From: Longivirga aurantiaca
Lineage (GTDB): Bacteria > Actinomycetota > Actinomycetes > S36-B12 > CAIYMF01
Reading direction: 5' to 3'
Length of the DNA stretch: 20,810 nucleotides
Assembly: GCF_042660085.1 (NCBI RefSeq)
Contig: NZ_JBHSTI010000005.1
Coordinates: forward strand, 334 to 21,143
Shown here: positions 1 to 7,939 of the stretch, piece by piece
Position numbering within the stretch: position 1 is the stretch's first letter
Layout of the letters: the number at the start of each line of letters is the position of its first letter
Made by a program: the position numbers and the translations under genes
Notes under the pieces: generated by a model
The model's database searches: none
Told to the model about the DNA's origin: nothing
Seen by the model: only the letters and a program-made list of their open reading frames with translations

Positions 1-1
1 C

Positions 2-688
2 ATCCTCAAGCATGCCGTGAAGGAGATCGCGGCCAAGCACGGCCACACTGCGAGCTTCATGGCGAAGGTCCGACCCGAGTGGGCGGGATCGTCCGGCCAT
101 GTCCACCAGAGCCTGACGACGCTCGACGGGAAGCCGGCCTTCGCCAACCCGGACGACCCCACCTCGCTCTCGGCGGTAGGCAAGTCGTATGTGGCGGGCC
201 TTCTCGAGCTCGCTCCCGCGCTGACGGCCTTCTTCCTGCCGACCGTGAACTCCTACAAGCGAACGGAAGGCGGAGCCTGGGTCGGATCCGCGGCCACGTG
301 GGGCAAGGACAATCGCACGGTGGCGATGCGAGCGATCCCGTCCGACGGGCCGCCGGCGCGCATCGAGAACCGCTTGGCCGGCGCGGACGCCAACCCCTAC
401 CTGGTGCTCGCCGCGAACATCGCCGCAGGGCTCCATGGGGTGCGGGGCCAGCTGACTCCGCCCGAGCCGCTGACGGGGAACGCCTTCGTGGCTCCCGTCG
501 AGGTAGCCCCGCCCCTGCCCAACACGCTGGCGGCGGCCACGGCGGAACTGCGCGCGTCCGAGGTGGTGCGAGGCCTCCTCGGCGAGCAGTTCGTGACGCA
601 CTACGCGGAGACGCGGGACTGGGAGATCTCGCAGTTCGCCAAGCACGTCACCGACTGGGAGACCGAGAGGTACCTCGAGATCATCTAG
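2..688 (+). CDS. Glutamine synthetase family protein, C-terminal part (5' end outside window); possibly a GlnA3/PuuA-like gamma-glutamyl-amine ligase
   Basis: The reading frame is open from the window edge (ILKHAVKEIAAKHG...). GS catalytic-domain C-terminal motifs are present (NRTVAMRAIP, ENRLAGADANPYL). Stop at 686-688. A PuuD-like hydrolase gene follows directly. Confidence 0.85.
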   Translation: MLKHAVKEIAAKHGHTASFMAKVRPEWAGSSGHVHQSLTTLDGKPAFANPDDPTSLSAVGKSYVAGLLELAPALTAFFLPTVNSYKRTEGGAWVGSAATWGKDNRTVAMRAIPSDGPPARIENRLAGADANPYLVLAANIAAGLHGVRGQLTPPEPLTGNAFVAPVEVAPPLPNTLAAATAELRASEVVRGLLGEQFVTHYAETRDWEISQFAKHVTDWETERYLEII

Positions 689-837
689 TACGCGCGTTCC
701 GCCGGAGGATCGAACGTGCCGCTCCTGGCTCTGGCCCCCATCCAGGATGCTCGACGTACCCGTCGCTCGGGCACATCGCGAGAGCGCGGCATCCCCACCC
801 TCGCCTCTCGCCGACAGCACCTCGTGAAGGGACCACC

Positions 838-1632
838 GTGGTCGTGCCGCGCTACCTGACACCTGAGGACGTCATGCCGGAGGACGAGGGGGCGCGAACC
901 GGCCCCGTGGTCAACGTGCACGTGTCACTTAACTTCCCCGAGATGACGGCCCACACCGCGGACCTCATGCGGAAGTCGATCCGCTCGGCGCTGACCGCGC
1001 TCGCTGAGCGCGACGGGGACTGGCGCCTGGTCGACACCTCGGGGGAGCTCCCGGAGCCGCGCGAGTGCCTCGGCGACGGCGTTCTGGTGCTGGGCGGCGG
1101 CGACGTCGACTCGGAGCTCTACGGCGTGCCCGGCCCGGTGCCGCACGAGTTCGGCGTGGACGAGCGTGCGGACCGGTTCACCATCGCGGTTCTGAGGGAG
1201 GCCCTGGGCGCCGAGGTGCCCGTCCTCGCCGTGTGCCGGGGCGCCCAGCTCCTCAACGTGGCGCTGGGGGGCACGCTGGTCCCGCATCTCGACGATTCTC
1301 AGCACCTGCACCGCGGGGCCAGTGCGGACGATCTCTTCGTCGACGAGCACGTGGTCGTCGAGCCGGGGACCAGGCTCGCCGAGCTGTTGGGCCACCGGGA
1401 GTGGACCGTGCGGGCGGCGCACCACCAGGCCGTCGACGTCGTCGCTCCCGAGCTGCGTCTGGCCGCGAGGTCGGTGGACGGCGTGGTGGAGGCGGTGGAG
1501 CACCCGGACAAGTGGGCCTTCGGAATCCAGTGGCACCCGGAGGACGACGACGGCCACGGCCACGACCTCGCCCTGCTCTGGGGCGCCCTGTGCCAGGAGG
1601 CGGGCCGCGCCCGCAACCTGTCGGAGCCGTGA
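838..1632 (+). CDS. Class-I glutamine amidotransferase-like hydrolase (peptidase C26, gamma-glutamyl-GABA hydrolase/PuuD family)
   Basis: Nucleophile Cys context AVCRGAQLLNVALGG, plus HHQAV and GIQWHPE motifs. The first 250 aa of track ORF 79..1632 are Arg/Pro-rich shadow sequence, so I moved the start to GTG 838, which is preceded by GAAGGGA. ATG 874 is an alternative start. Confidence 0.8.
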   Translation: MVVPRYLTPEDVMPEDEGARTGPVVNVHVSLNFPEMTAHTADLMRKSIRSALTALAERDGDWRLVDTSGELPEPRECLGDGVLVLGGGDVDSELYGVPGPVPHEFGVDERADRFTIAVLREALGAEVPVLAVCRGAQLLNVALGGTLVPHLDDSQHLHRGASADDLFVDEHVVVEPGTRLAELLGHREWTVRAAHHQAVDVVAPELRLAARSVDGVVEAVEHPDKWAFGIQWHPEDDDGHGHDLALLWGALCQEAGRARNLSEP

Positions 1633-1791
1633 GCCCGACGGCCCTCCGTCGAGCCGCCCACCCGTCGCCCAACCCAGTTGCGCAGGCCGCACGGTGATCG
1701 TGAGGGCGATCATGGCCAAGGAGCCGGGTGGGCGAGCCGACGCTGCTCGGTCGCTCGGGGGCGCCGTCCTCGGCGCTGAGGCCCCGGCGGG

Positions 1792-2172
1792 TCACGCCTC
1801 GAGGACCGCCCCCATGAGCTCCAGGGTGGCGGGCATGCCGCCGTTGCCCCGCAGGGCCTTCGCGACGTAAGGGACCGGCTCCCTGCCCGCGGGGCTTGTC
1901 GCGGTCTCGGTGGCCAGGACCGCGTCGTACGTGCTCTCGACGCACCTCGCCTCGCTCGAAGTCCCGGGTGGGCCGTCACGGCGAGGGGAAGGCTCCAACC
2001 ACTCGGTGGACACGGTCAGCACGTCGACTACGGCATCCGGCCATGTGCCAGCCGCGGCCACCGTGCCTGGCGGCCTGACCAGCACTGCAGCAGAACACTG
2101 GTCGACGTCCCTCAAGGTCGGCCAGAACAGGTCATTCAGAGGATGGACTGGGGTGTCGAGGAGACTCGTCAT
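1792..2172 (-). CDS. Hypothetical protein (126 aa)
   Basis: Intact ORF with G/C-biased third codon positions. Its ATG at 2172 lies 1 nt after the stop (2174-2176) of the upstream small ORF, suggesting a coupled pair. I recognise no family motif. Confidence 0.5.
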   Translation of the reverse strand: MTSLLDTPVHPLNDLFWPTLRDVDQCSAAVLVRPPGTVAAAGTWPDAVVDVLTVSTEWLEPSPRRDGPPGTSSEARCVESTYDAVLATETATSPAGREPVPYVAKALRGNGGMPATLELMGAVLEA

Positions 2173-2173
2173 G

Positions 2174-2386
2174 TCAACTCTTCATGAGCGGCAGCTGTTG
2201 CGAGCGTCCTCGAAGCTCTGCTGCCGCCCACCGGCCCCAACTGTCCACGAGTGCCGTCGAAACCACGACTCGATGCCATCCAGTGGCGACTTCAAGCGAC
2301 TCTTGGGTGTACTCCTGGCCGGACTTGTACGAGTCGGTCCAGACAAACAGGCGAACGAGAAGGAAGGCCGTGTCGCCACACGGCAC
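2174..2386 (-). CDS. Hypothetical small protein (about 70 aa; start uncertain, alternatives TTG 2440 or GTG 2530)
   Basis: The C-terminal two thirds (VPCGDTAFLLVRLFVWTDSYKSGQEYTQESLEVATGWHRVVV...) look protein-like, while the upstream part of the track ORF is Arg-rich junk. GTG 2386 is preceded by GAGGATACGAGAAG. The stop abuts the next ATG. The DNA here is locally more AT-rich. Confidence 0.35.
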   Translation of the reverse strand: MPCGDTAFLLVRLFVWTDSYKSGQEYTQESLEVATGWHRVVVSTALVDSWGRWAAAELRGRSQQLPLMKS

Positions 2387-2699
2387 CTTCTCGTATCCTC
2401 GAGCCCCTCCGGAAACGCCACGGTCCTCGCAACTCCTCAAATCGAGGTGTTGCGAGGACCGCGTGAACCCGTCTCGAGGTCGGGGCCGTCGTCGTTCGTC
2501 GGGCTTCCTGTCCCGCTGTTCTCGGCTCACCCGAACGAGGCCGTCGCCAGGCGATGCCGCGTGCGGAGGCCGAGCTGCGTCGGGCCCTCCACCCGGGTGC
2601 TTCCGCCTCTGCGCTCAGGAGCGGAGCGAGCCCGACGGGTCGACGTGTCGTCCCGCGGCGCTTCGGGCGCCGGCGCTGCGTCTCGGGCGTTATCATCCG

Positions 2700-2713
2700 A
2701 TCAATCGATTGAT
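2700..2713. promoter_or_regulatory. Perfect 14-bp palindrome ATCAATCGATTGAT, candidate TetR operator
   Basis: The sequence equals its own reverse complement. It lies 43-56 nt upstream of the TetR ATG (2756) in an AT-rich patch (TTATCATCCGATCAATCGATTGATTGATTGC) of an otherwise GC-rich region. Confidence 0.5.
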
Positions 2714-2755
2714 TGATTGCTGGTGAGGGGTCTGGGCGGGAGGAGGCACGGCGGG

Positions 2756-3412
2756 ATGAAGTCCGACGACGTGCTCCGGGCCGCGGTGCTGCTGTTCGCG
2801 CGACAGGGTTACGCCGCGACGGGTATCCGTGAGATCGCGCGTGAGGTCGGCCTGAACTCCGCGACGCTATACCACTACGCGAACGGCAATGAGGGGCTGC
2901 TCGTCGCCGTCATGCAGAGCTGCCTCGACGAGCTCCTCCGCTCGACCGACGAGGCCCTCCGTCACAGCGACGACCCGCAGGTGCAGCTCGGGCGGCTGAT
3001 CCGGGCCCATGTCGGGCTCTCGGCCCTCAACCCGCTGTCCTCCCGTGTGACGGATCAGGCGTTCCGTTCCTTGGGGCCTGCCAACCGCGCATCGCTGCTG
3101 GTGCTGCGGGACAGCTACGAGTCGCAGCTGGGTGCCGTGATCGATGCCGGCGCCCGAGCCGGTCTCTTCGATGTCGCCGACCCTCGGCTCACCCGGCTGG
3201 CGATCCTTGAGATGTGCAACGGCGTCGCGAACTGGTACCGCCAGGCCGGCCGCCTGCCGATGCGGGCCGTGCAGATGCAGTTCGTCGACTTTGGCTGCCG
3301 CCTCGTCGGTGCGCCGGTGATGGACGAGGCGGAGCTGGGCCCCGTGCAGACGCCGCACCTACTTCGCTGCGAGCCGTACGCCTCACCCGACACGATGGAG
3401 GACCTAGGTTGA
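2756..3412 (+). CDS. TetR/AcrR family transcriptional regulator
   Basis: N-terminal HTH signature LRAAVLLFARQGYAATGIREIAREVGLNSATLYHYA. ATG 2756 is preceded by GGGAGGAGG. The track start TTG 2717 only adds a Gly/Arg-rich leader. Confidence 0.9.
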   Translation: MKSDDVLRAAVLLFARQGYAATGIREIAREVGLNSATLYHYANGNEGLLVAVMQSCLDELLRSTDEALRHSDDPQVQLGRLIRAHVGLSALNPLSSRVTDQAFRSLGPANRASLLVLRDSYESQLGAVIDAGARAGLFDVADPRLTRLAILEMCNGVANWYRQAGRLPMRAVQMQFVDFGCRLVGAPVMDEAELGPVQTPHLLRCEPYASPDTMEDLG

Positions 3413-4290
3413 ACATCACCGATGCGCGCGTCCGACTCCCGCAGGACCGACGGACCAGTGCGAGCTACTCGGCTCCGGCCCGGCAGACGGAGCAGTACGA
3501 CCGCGTCCTCGGGCTGACCGACAAGATGAACGGCGGCACGCTGTCCGGCCTGCTGAAGGAGATGGACGCCGTCGGCATCAGCCGCGCCGTGATGCATGCC
3601 GAGTCCGAAGGGGGCGAGGACGCCGATGCGCTCAACACCGCTCTGCGCTCCGTGCTCGACGAGCACCCCGACCGGTTCTTGGGCGTGGGCTGCGTCGACG
3701 TGACCCTGTCATCGCCGACCGCGATCGCGGCGCAGGCCGCGCGCGCGCAGGACCTCGGGCTGCTGGGGGTGTCGTTCCAGCCTGCATTCTTCGGCCTCGA
3801 CATCGACGACCGCCGTCTCTACCCGCTCTACTCCAGGGCGGAGGAGATCGGCCTCGTCGTCGCCGTCCACACGGGGATCAACTACAGCCGCCTGCACCCG
3901 ATCAAGCACGAGCGCGCGGAGAACCTCGATCAGGTCGCCTGCGACTTTCCCGACCTGCGGCTCATCGCCTGCCACGCGGGCTGGCCCTGGGTGACCGAGT
4001 TCGCGGCTGTTGCGCGGCGCCATCCGACGGTCTTCCTCGAGTACGGCGCCATCGCACCCAAGTACGTCGCGAGGCCTGGCACGGGTTGGGATGTCCAGTT
4101 CGCCATGATGGCTAACGTCCTTCGGGATCAGGTGCTCTACGGGAGCGATTGGCCGATGATCAGCCCGAGCCGGGCCGTGCAGGAATGGCGGGACTCCGGT
4201 CTGCCGGACGCGGCGCTGGAGGCGCTGCTCTCGCGCAACGCCGAGCGGCTCTTCGGTCTTGAGGGCGGCGGCGTGGGACTGCCGACGTGA
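3409..4290 (+). CDS. Amidohydrolase-2 family (PF04909-like metal-dependent hydrolase/decarboxylase)
   Basis: Motifs VAVHTG, IACHAGWPW and LYGSDWPM. TTG 3409 overlaps the TetR stop (TTGA) and follows GGAGGA at a 7-nt spacing. The upstream part of track ORF 3214.. overlaps TetR in another frame and looks like shadow sequence. Confidence 0.85.
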   Translation: MNITDARVRLPQDRRTSASYSAPARQTEQYDRVLGLTDKMNGGTLSGLLKEMDAVGISRAVMHAESEGGEDADALNTALRSVLDEHPDRFLGVGCVDVTLSSPTAIAAQAARAQDLGLLGVSFQPAFFGLDIDDRRLYPLYSRAEEIGLVVAVHTGINYSRLHPIKHERAENLDQVACDFPDLRLIACHAGWPWVTEFAAVARRHPTVFLEYGAIAPKYVARPGTGWDVQFAMMANVLRDQVLYGSDWPMISPSRAVQEWRDSGLPDAALEALLSRNAERLFGLEGGGVGLPT

Positions 4291-5807
4291 CCCTGACCCT
4301 GTCCTCGCAGCTCCGTACGGCAGCGGAGGACTCCCCGGACAGGGTGTTCATCCGAACCATGGGCGAGGAGCTCACCTACGCCGAGACGTGGACCCGCGTG
4401 CGGGTGCGCGCCGGGCAGCTCCGGGAGGCCGGGATCCGGCGCGGGGACTCCGTGGCAGTCGTAATGGACAACAGCGCCGATCAGATCGTGATCTGGTTCG
4501 CCCTGAATGCACTGGGTGCCCTGCATGCAGCGCTCAACACCGCGTTCACCGACGCACGGCTGGCGCACAACCTCAGGGTCTCGAAGGCATCGTGGGTGCT
4601 GGCCGACGACCAGTACCTGGCAGACGTCCAGCGCGGCATCGGGACCCATGAGTTGCCCGCGCGTGTGATCCCCTCGAGTGCCGTCGGCTCGCTGCCGGGG
4701 GCACCGGTGGACGAGGCGGAGCAGGTCGACGACCTGGCCACGGCCACCCTTCTGTTCACCTCGGGCACCACGGGCGCGTCGAAGGCGTGCGCCCTGTCCA
4801 ACCGCTACCTGGTCCGGGCCGGCCAGCTGCACGTGACGTACCTTGGGCTGACGTCCGACGACGTCCTCTACAGCCCCTTCCCTCTCTTCCACATAGACGC
4901 GGCGACCCTCACGGTGTCGGCCGCCCTGGTGGCCCGAGCGACCGCGGCGATCGGGCTGCGGTTCAGCGCCTCACGGTTCTGGGACGAGGTGCGGGCCATG
5001 GACGCCACCGTCTTCAACTTCATGGGCGCCACGCTGACGATCCTGTGGAAGCGCGACCCCGACCCGCGCGACAGCGACCATCGGGTCCGGCTCGCCTGGG
5101 GCGTGCCGATCCCCGAGTGGAAGGCCGAGTTCGAGCACCGGTTCGGGTTCCCGCTGTTCCAGGTCTACGGGCTGACCGATGGAGGACTTCCCGCCTACGA
5201 CCCCATCGACGGCTCGCAGCGGCCGGGGTTCGCCGGGCGCGTGATCCCCGAGTACGAGGTGCGCATCGACACCGCCGCGCGACGGCACGGCGACCCCGAG
5301 GGCGTGGGCGAGATCCTCATGCGCTCCCGGGAGCCGGGTCTGATGATGAACGGGTACTTCGGGGACCCCGCAGCGACCGAGAAGGCGATCGTGGACGGGT
5401 GGCTGCGTACGGGCGACCTCGGGCTGCTCGATGGTGACGGCTATCTGGCCTTCCACGGTCGTCTGACGGACTCTATCCGCCGTCGAGGCGAGAACATCTC
5501 CGCCTTCGAGGTCGAAGAGCTCGTCGGATCCCACCCGGACGTGGTCGAGGTCGCCGCGGTCGGTGTGCCCAGCGACCTGACCGAGGAGGACGTGCAGGTG
5601 TGGGTCGTTGCGCGCCAGGGCAGCGGACTCACGGCCGAGACCCTCCACCGCGATCTGGCCGAACGTGGTCCCCGCTACCTCGTTCCCCGCTACTACGCGT
5701 TCGTTCCGGCCCTCCCGAAGACGCCGACGGAGAAGGTGGAGAAGTTCGAGCTGCGGTCGGCGGGCACGAGCACGTCGTGGGACTCCGAGGCCACCAGCGG
5801 CGACTAG
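4287..5807 (+). CDS. AMP-dependent synthetase/ligase (acyl-CoA synthetase, CaiC-like)
   Basis: AMP-binding motif LLFTSGTTGASKA, and GDLG..DGDGYLAFHGRLTDSIRRRGENIS. GTG 4287 overlaps the amidohydrolase stop (GTGA). Confidence 0.9.
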   Translation: MTLTLSSQLRTAAEDSPDRVFIRTMGEELTYAETWTRVRVRAGQLREAGIRRGDSVAVVMDNSADQIVIWFALNALGALHAALNTAFTDARLAHNLRVSKASWVLADDQYLADVQRGIGTHELPARVIPSSAVGSLPGAPVDEAEQVDDLATATLLFTSGTTGASKACALSNRYLVRAGQLHVTYLGLTSDDVLYSPFPLFHIDAATLTVSAALVARATAAIGLRFSASRFWDEVRAMDATVFNFMGATLTILWKRDPDPRDSDHRVRLAWGVPIPEWKAEFEHRFGFPLFQVYGLTDGGLPAYDPIDGSQRPGFAGRVIPEYEVRIDTAARRHGDPEGVGEILMRSREPGLMMNGYFGDPAATEKAIVDGWLRTGDLGLLDGDGYLAFHGRLTDSIRRRGENISAFEVEELVGSHPDVVEVAAVGVPSDLTEEDVQVWVVARQGSGLTAETLHRDLAERGPRYLVPRYYAFVPALPKTPTEKVEKFELRSAGTSTSWDSEATSGD

Positions 5808-5938
5808 CCTCGATCTTTCGCGCGGGGTCTGATCTGGTGGCGTGACACGGGTCTTGAAAGCACGGAAGTGCCTGTCCTGGTTGGGAAACTACTGATTGTC
5901 AAGGTCAGCAAGTTCCCAGCGAGGAAGGCACTCCGTAG

Positions 5939-6229
5939 GTGAAGAATAGCCGCCGGGTCGTCCCGGTCATCATGGACCCGTCGAACGAGTCGCTGATCTC
6001 CTCCGCGGGTGGGTCGCTGTTGCTGGCCACAGCTCGGGCGACCGGCCTGGATCGGGCGCTGTCAGCGGGGTTGGCTCCGTGGCGGGTACCGCGGGCGGTC
6101 CACGACCCGGGCAAGGTGATCCTTGATCTCGCGGTCGCGTTGGCCCTGGGCGGGGACTGTCTCGCGGATGTCGCGGCCCTGCGTGCCCAGCCGACACTCT
6201 TCGGTGCGGTCGCCTCGGATCCGACGGTG
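5939..6229 (+). pseudogene. IS1380-family transposase, N-terminal ~97 codons only (truncated remnant)
   Basis: SLISSAGGSLLLATARATGLDRALSAGLAPWRVPRAVHDPGKVILDLAVALALGGDCLADVAALRAQPTLFGAVASDPTV matches my recollection of the conserved N-terminus of actinobacterial IS1380-type transposases. The similarity stops near 6229 and no DDE domain follows in any frame. Confidence 0.6.
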
Positions 6230-6620
6230 TTGAACCACCCTGGGTTGCTTGGAGGCTCCATCAAACCCAGGGAGGTTCACCGAGGCCGGTCCGACGGCCC
6301 TGGGACCGGTGGCGAAGGACGCCACGTGCATCGAGACACTGCGCGCAAGCCCATCCCTGTCCCCCGCGGCATCAGGTTCTGGTGACGGGCTCGAAGCCAC
6401 GACCCCGGTCACGCGCCCGGCACCGCCAATCACATGCCCACCCGCGTCCTGCACGCCGCCACCGACCAATACCCAGGAGCGTCAGCCGTTCGCCCGCGCG
6501 TGGACCGCGTGGGCTCCCCTTGGGCTAAGCCATGGCCACAAGGGGCCAAACAAGGCCAGCAGAGGGCAAGAGGCTGTTGGGTGAAATTCCCGGAACCCCT
6601 ACAGGACATGGAATCTGTGG

Positions 6621-6663
6621 GGAGCGGGTGACGGGAATCGAACCCGCACTGTCAGCTTGGGAA
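6621..6663 (-). other. 3' fragment of tRNA-Gly(CCC), anticodon loop to acceptor end; att-type remnant, not a functional tRNA
   Basis: The minus-strand sequence reads TTCCCAA GCTGA CAGT GCGGG TTCGATT CCCGT CACCCGC T CC. This gives an anticodon loop with CCC, a 4-nt variable loop, a T-arm, an acceptor 3' strand and the Gly-typical U73 discriminator. The sequence 5' of the loop (GCAAG) cannot pair with GCTGA, and there is no D-arm or 5' acceptor strand. Confidence 0.65.
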
Positions 6664-6685
6664 CTTGCCGGCCTTAGTTCCCAAG

Positions 6686-7660
6686 CTACCCGTTGCTCGC
6701 CGAAGCGATGGCCTCGACGAGGTGGCTGAGGTCTTGGTCGATAGCGGTAACTTGAGCGGTAACGGCGGCAGTAATTGCTGCATCGGTGGCGAGAGCAAGA
6801 CGACCGCGAACCCAAGAGAGGAACTTCCGTGCGGCGCCACCGTCGGGGCGGGCCGACTGCAGGTCGGCCTCGGCGGCGGCCACGAGCTGCTGCCCCTCTT
6901 CTGAGTCACCCGCCAGCTCGAAGCGGCCAAGGATCTTGACCAGGCCACTCATCGCCAAGACGAGTTGCTCACTGGTCACGTCCACGTTCATGACCTGTCG
7001 CGCGTTGTCGCCCGTTGCCACCTGCACCTGTTGGCCGCTGACGTTCCAGGTGATTTGCTGCAACGTCACTGCTTCCCGCGAGCTCACGTACGCGTCGGGG
7101 TCCGAGTCGTACTGCTCCACGCAGACTAGGCCAGCGTCGGTGAGCCGCGGTCGAATAGGCCCGTTGTTGCCGTTCGAGCGCGGACCGTCTATCAACTGCG
7201 TTCGTGCAAGCCACCCTGCCGCACGATCCGATTCTTCGACGGTGAACGGATCTCCGTAGAAGCGGGATAGCCTGCTAAGGCTCCAATCACCCCAGTTCGC
7301 GAACTGCCCGCTTTCCTCCGTGGCGTCCGATTCTGCAAGCCATCGGAGGATGCCGCGTCGGACGGCAGCGCGGCGGCCGAGGACGTCACTGCGTTGTAGG
7401 TGGCGGCGAGTCACGGCGGAACGACCCTCCGGCGTGACCTCTGCAGCCATTCCTGGTAGCCCACCCATCCCGCTGTGGTCACGGATCAAGCCTGCCGCAG
7501 TCAGGCGTGACACGTCCTGATACGCGATACGCGTGTTTTCGGGGTCATTGTCGTAGAAGCCTGCGAGGTATGGGATTCCCTCAGCCTGCTCCACCATCCA
7601 CTCCAGCAGGCGGTGGCCACGCTCAGCGTCGGGGTCGGTATCGACCCAAGGGAAAGTCAT
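6686..7660 (-). CDS. Hypothetical protein (324 aa) with two winged-helix-like repeats and an Ala-rich helical C-terminus
   Basis: Start moved to ATG 7660 (MTFPWVDTDPD...) because the upstream 50 codons of the track ORF are Arg/Cys-rich junk. There is no SD, but TATGAT sits at -12..-7 relative to the ATG, which fits a leaderless mRNA. Internal repeat: LLEWMVEQAEG..AAGLIRD..VTPEGRSAV versus ILRWLAESDAT..GWLARTQLIDG..LTDAGLVCVE. Confidence 0.7.
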   Translation of the reverse strand: MTFPWVDTDPDAERGHRLLEWMVEQAEGIPYLAGFYDNDPENTRIAYQDVSRLTAAGLIRDHSGMGGLPGMAAEVTPEGRSAVTRRHLQRSDVLGRRAAVRRGILRWLAESDATEESGQFANWGDWSLSRLSRFYGDPFTVEESDRAAGWLARTQLIDGPRSNGNNGPIRPRLTDAGLVCVEQYDSDPDAYVSSREAVTLQQITWNVSGQQVQVATGDNARQVMNVDVTSEQLVLAMSGLVKILGRFELAGDSEEGQQLVAAAEADLQSARPDGGAARKFLSWVRGRLALATDAAITAAVTAQVTAIDQDLSHLVEAIASASNG

Positions 7661-7939
7661 GCGCCGATCATATTGAGGTTCCCGCAGCTGCCCGAGGCTT
7701 GAGAATGGCGTTGTGACACCGCTACGGCGGCGCTTGTCGTGGCCTCGACGGCGGCAGCGCAGAACAGCGACCATGTACCGGCGGTCTCGTTCTTCGCACA
7801 GGGTCGTCATTTCGGAGTTGAGAGTGGCCGGTCTCGTTGCCGGCGGGATAGACCGGCGGCATAGAGAGGACGCCGCTTCCCGAGCGACACGTCGAGCGCA
7901 GAGCCACCGCCGTCGGACCCACCCGTCAGAATCATTCGT

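Noticed and set aside
79-837. N-terminal 253 codons of track ORF 79..1632
   Set aside because: They overlap the glutamine-synthetase-family gene in another frame and are Arg/Gly/Pro-rich. The amidotransferase domain begins only after about 838.
3214-3408. Upstream extension of the amidohydrolase ORF
   Set aside because: It overlaps the TetR C-terminus in another frame and is Arg/Pro-rich. TTG 3409 with a good RBS and a stop/start overlap is the better start.
5865-5886. Imperfect direct repeat AAGTGCCTGTCCTGGTTGGG versus 11898-11930 (GTGCTGCCTGGTTCGGG ... AAGTGCCTGT) as possible island borders
   Set aside because: The exact matches are 10 nt or shorter and permuted between the two sites. Many such matches are expected by chance in 20 kb of biased composition. 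The left copy is more simply the IS1380 terminal region.
6249-6584. 111-aa ORF (and overlapping ORFs 6062..6469 minus, 6434..6631 plus) in the zone between the IS fragment and the tRNA-Gly fragment
   Set aside because: They are mutually overlapping with Pro/Ala/Thr/Arg-rich low-complexity translations, no RBS and no motifs. I treat the zone as decayed non-coding DNA.
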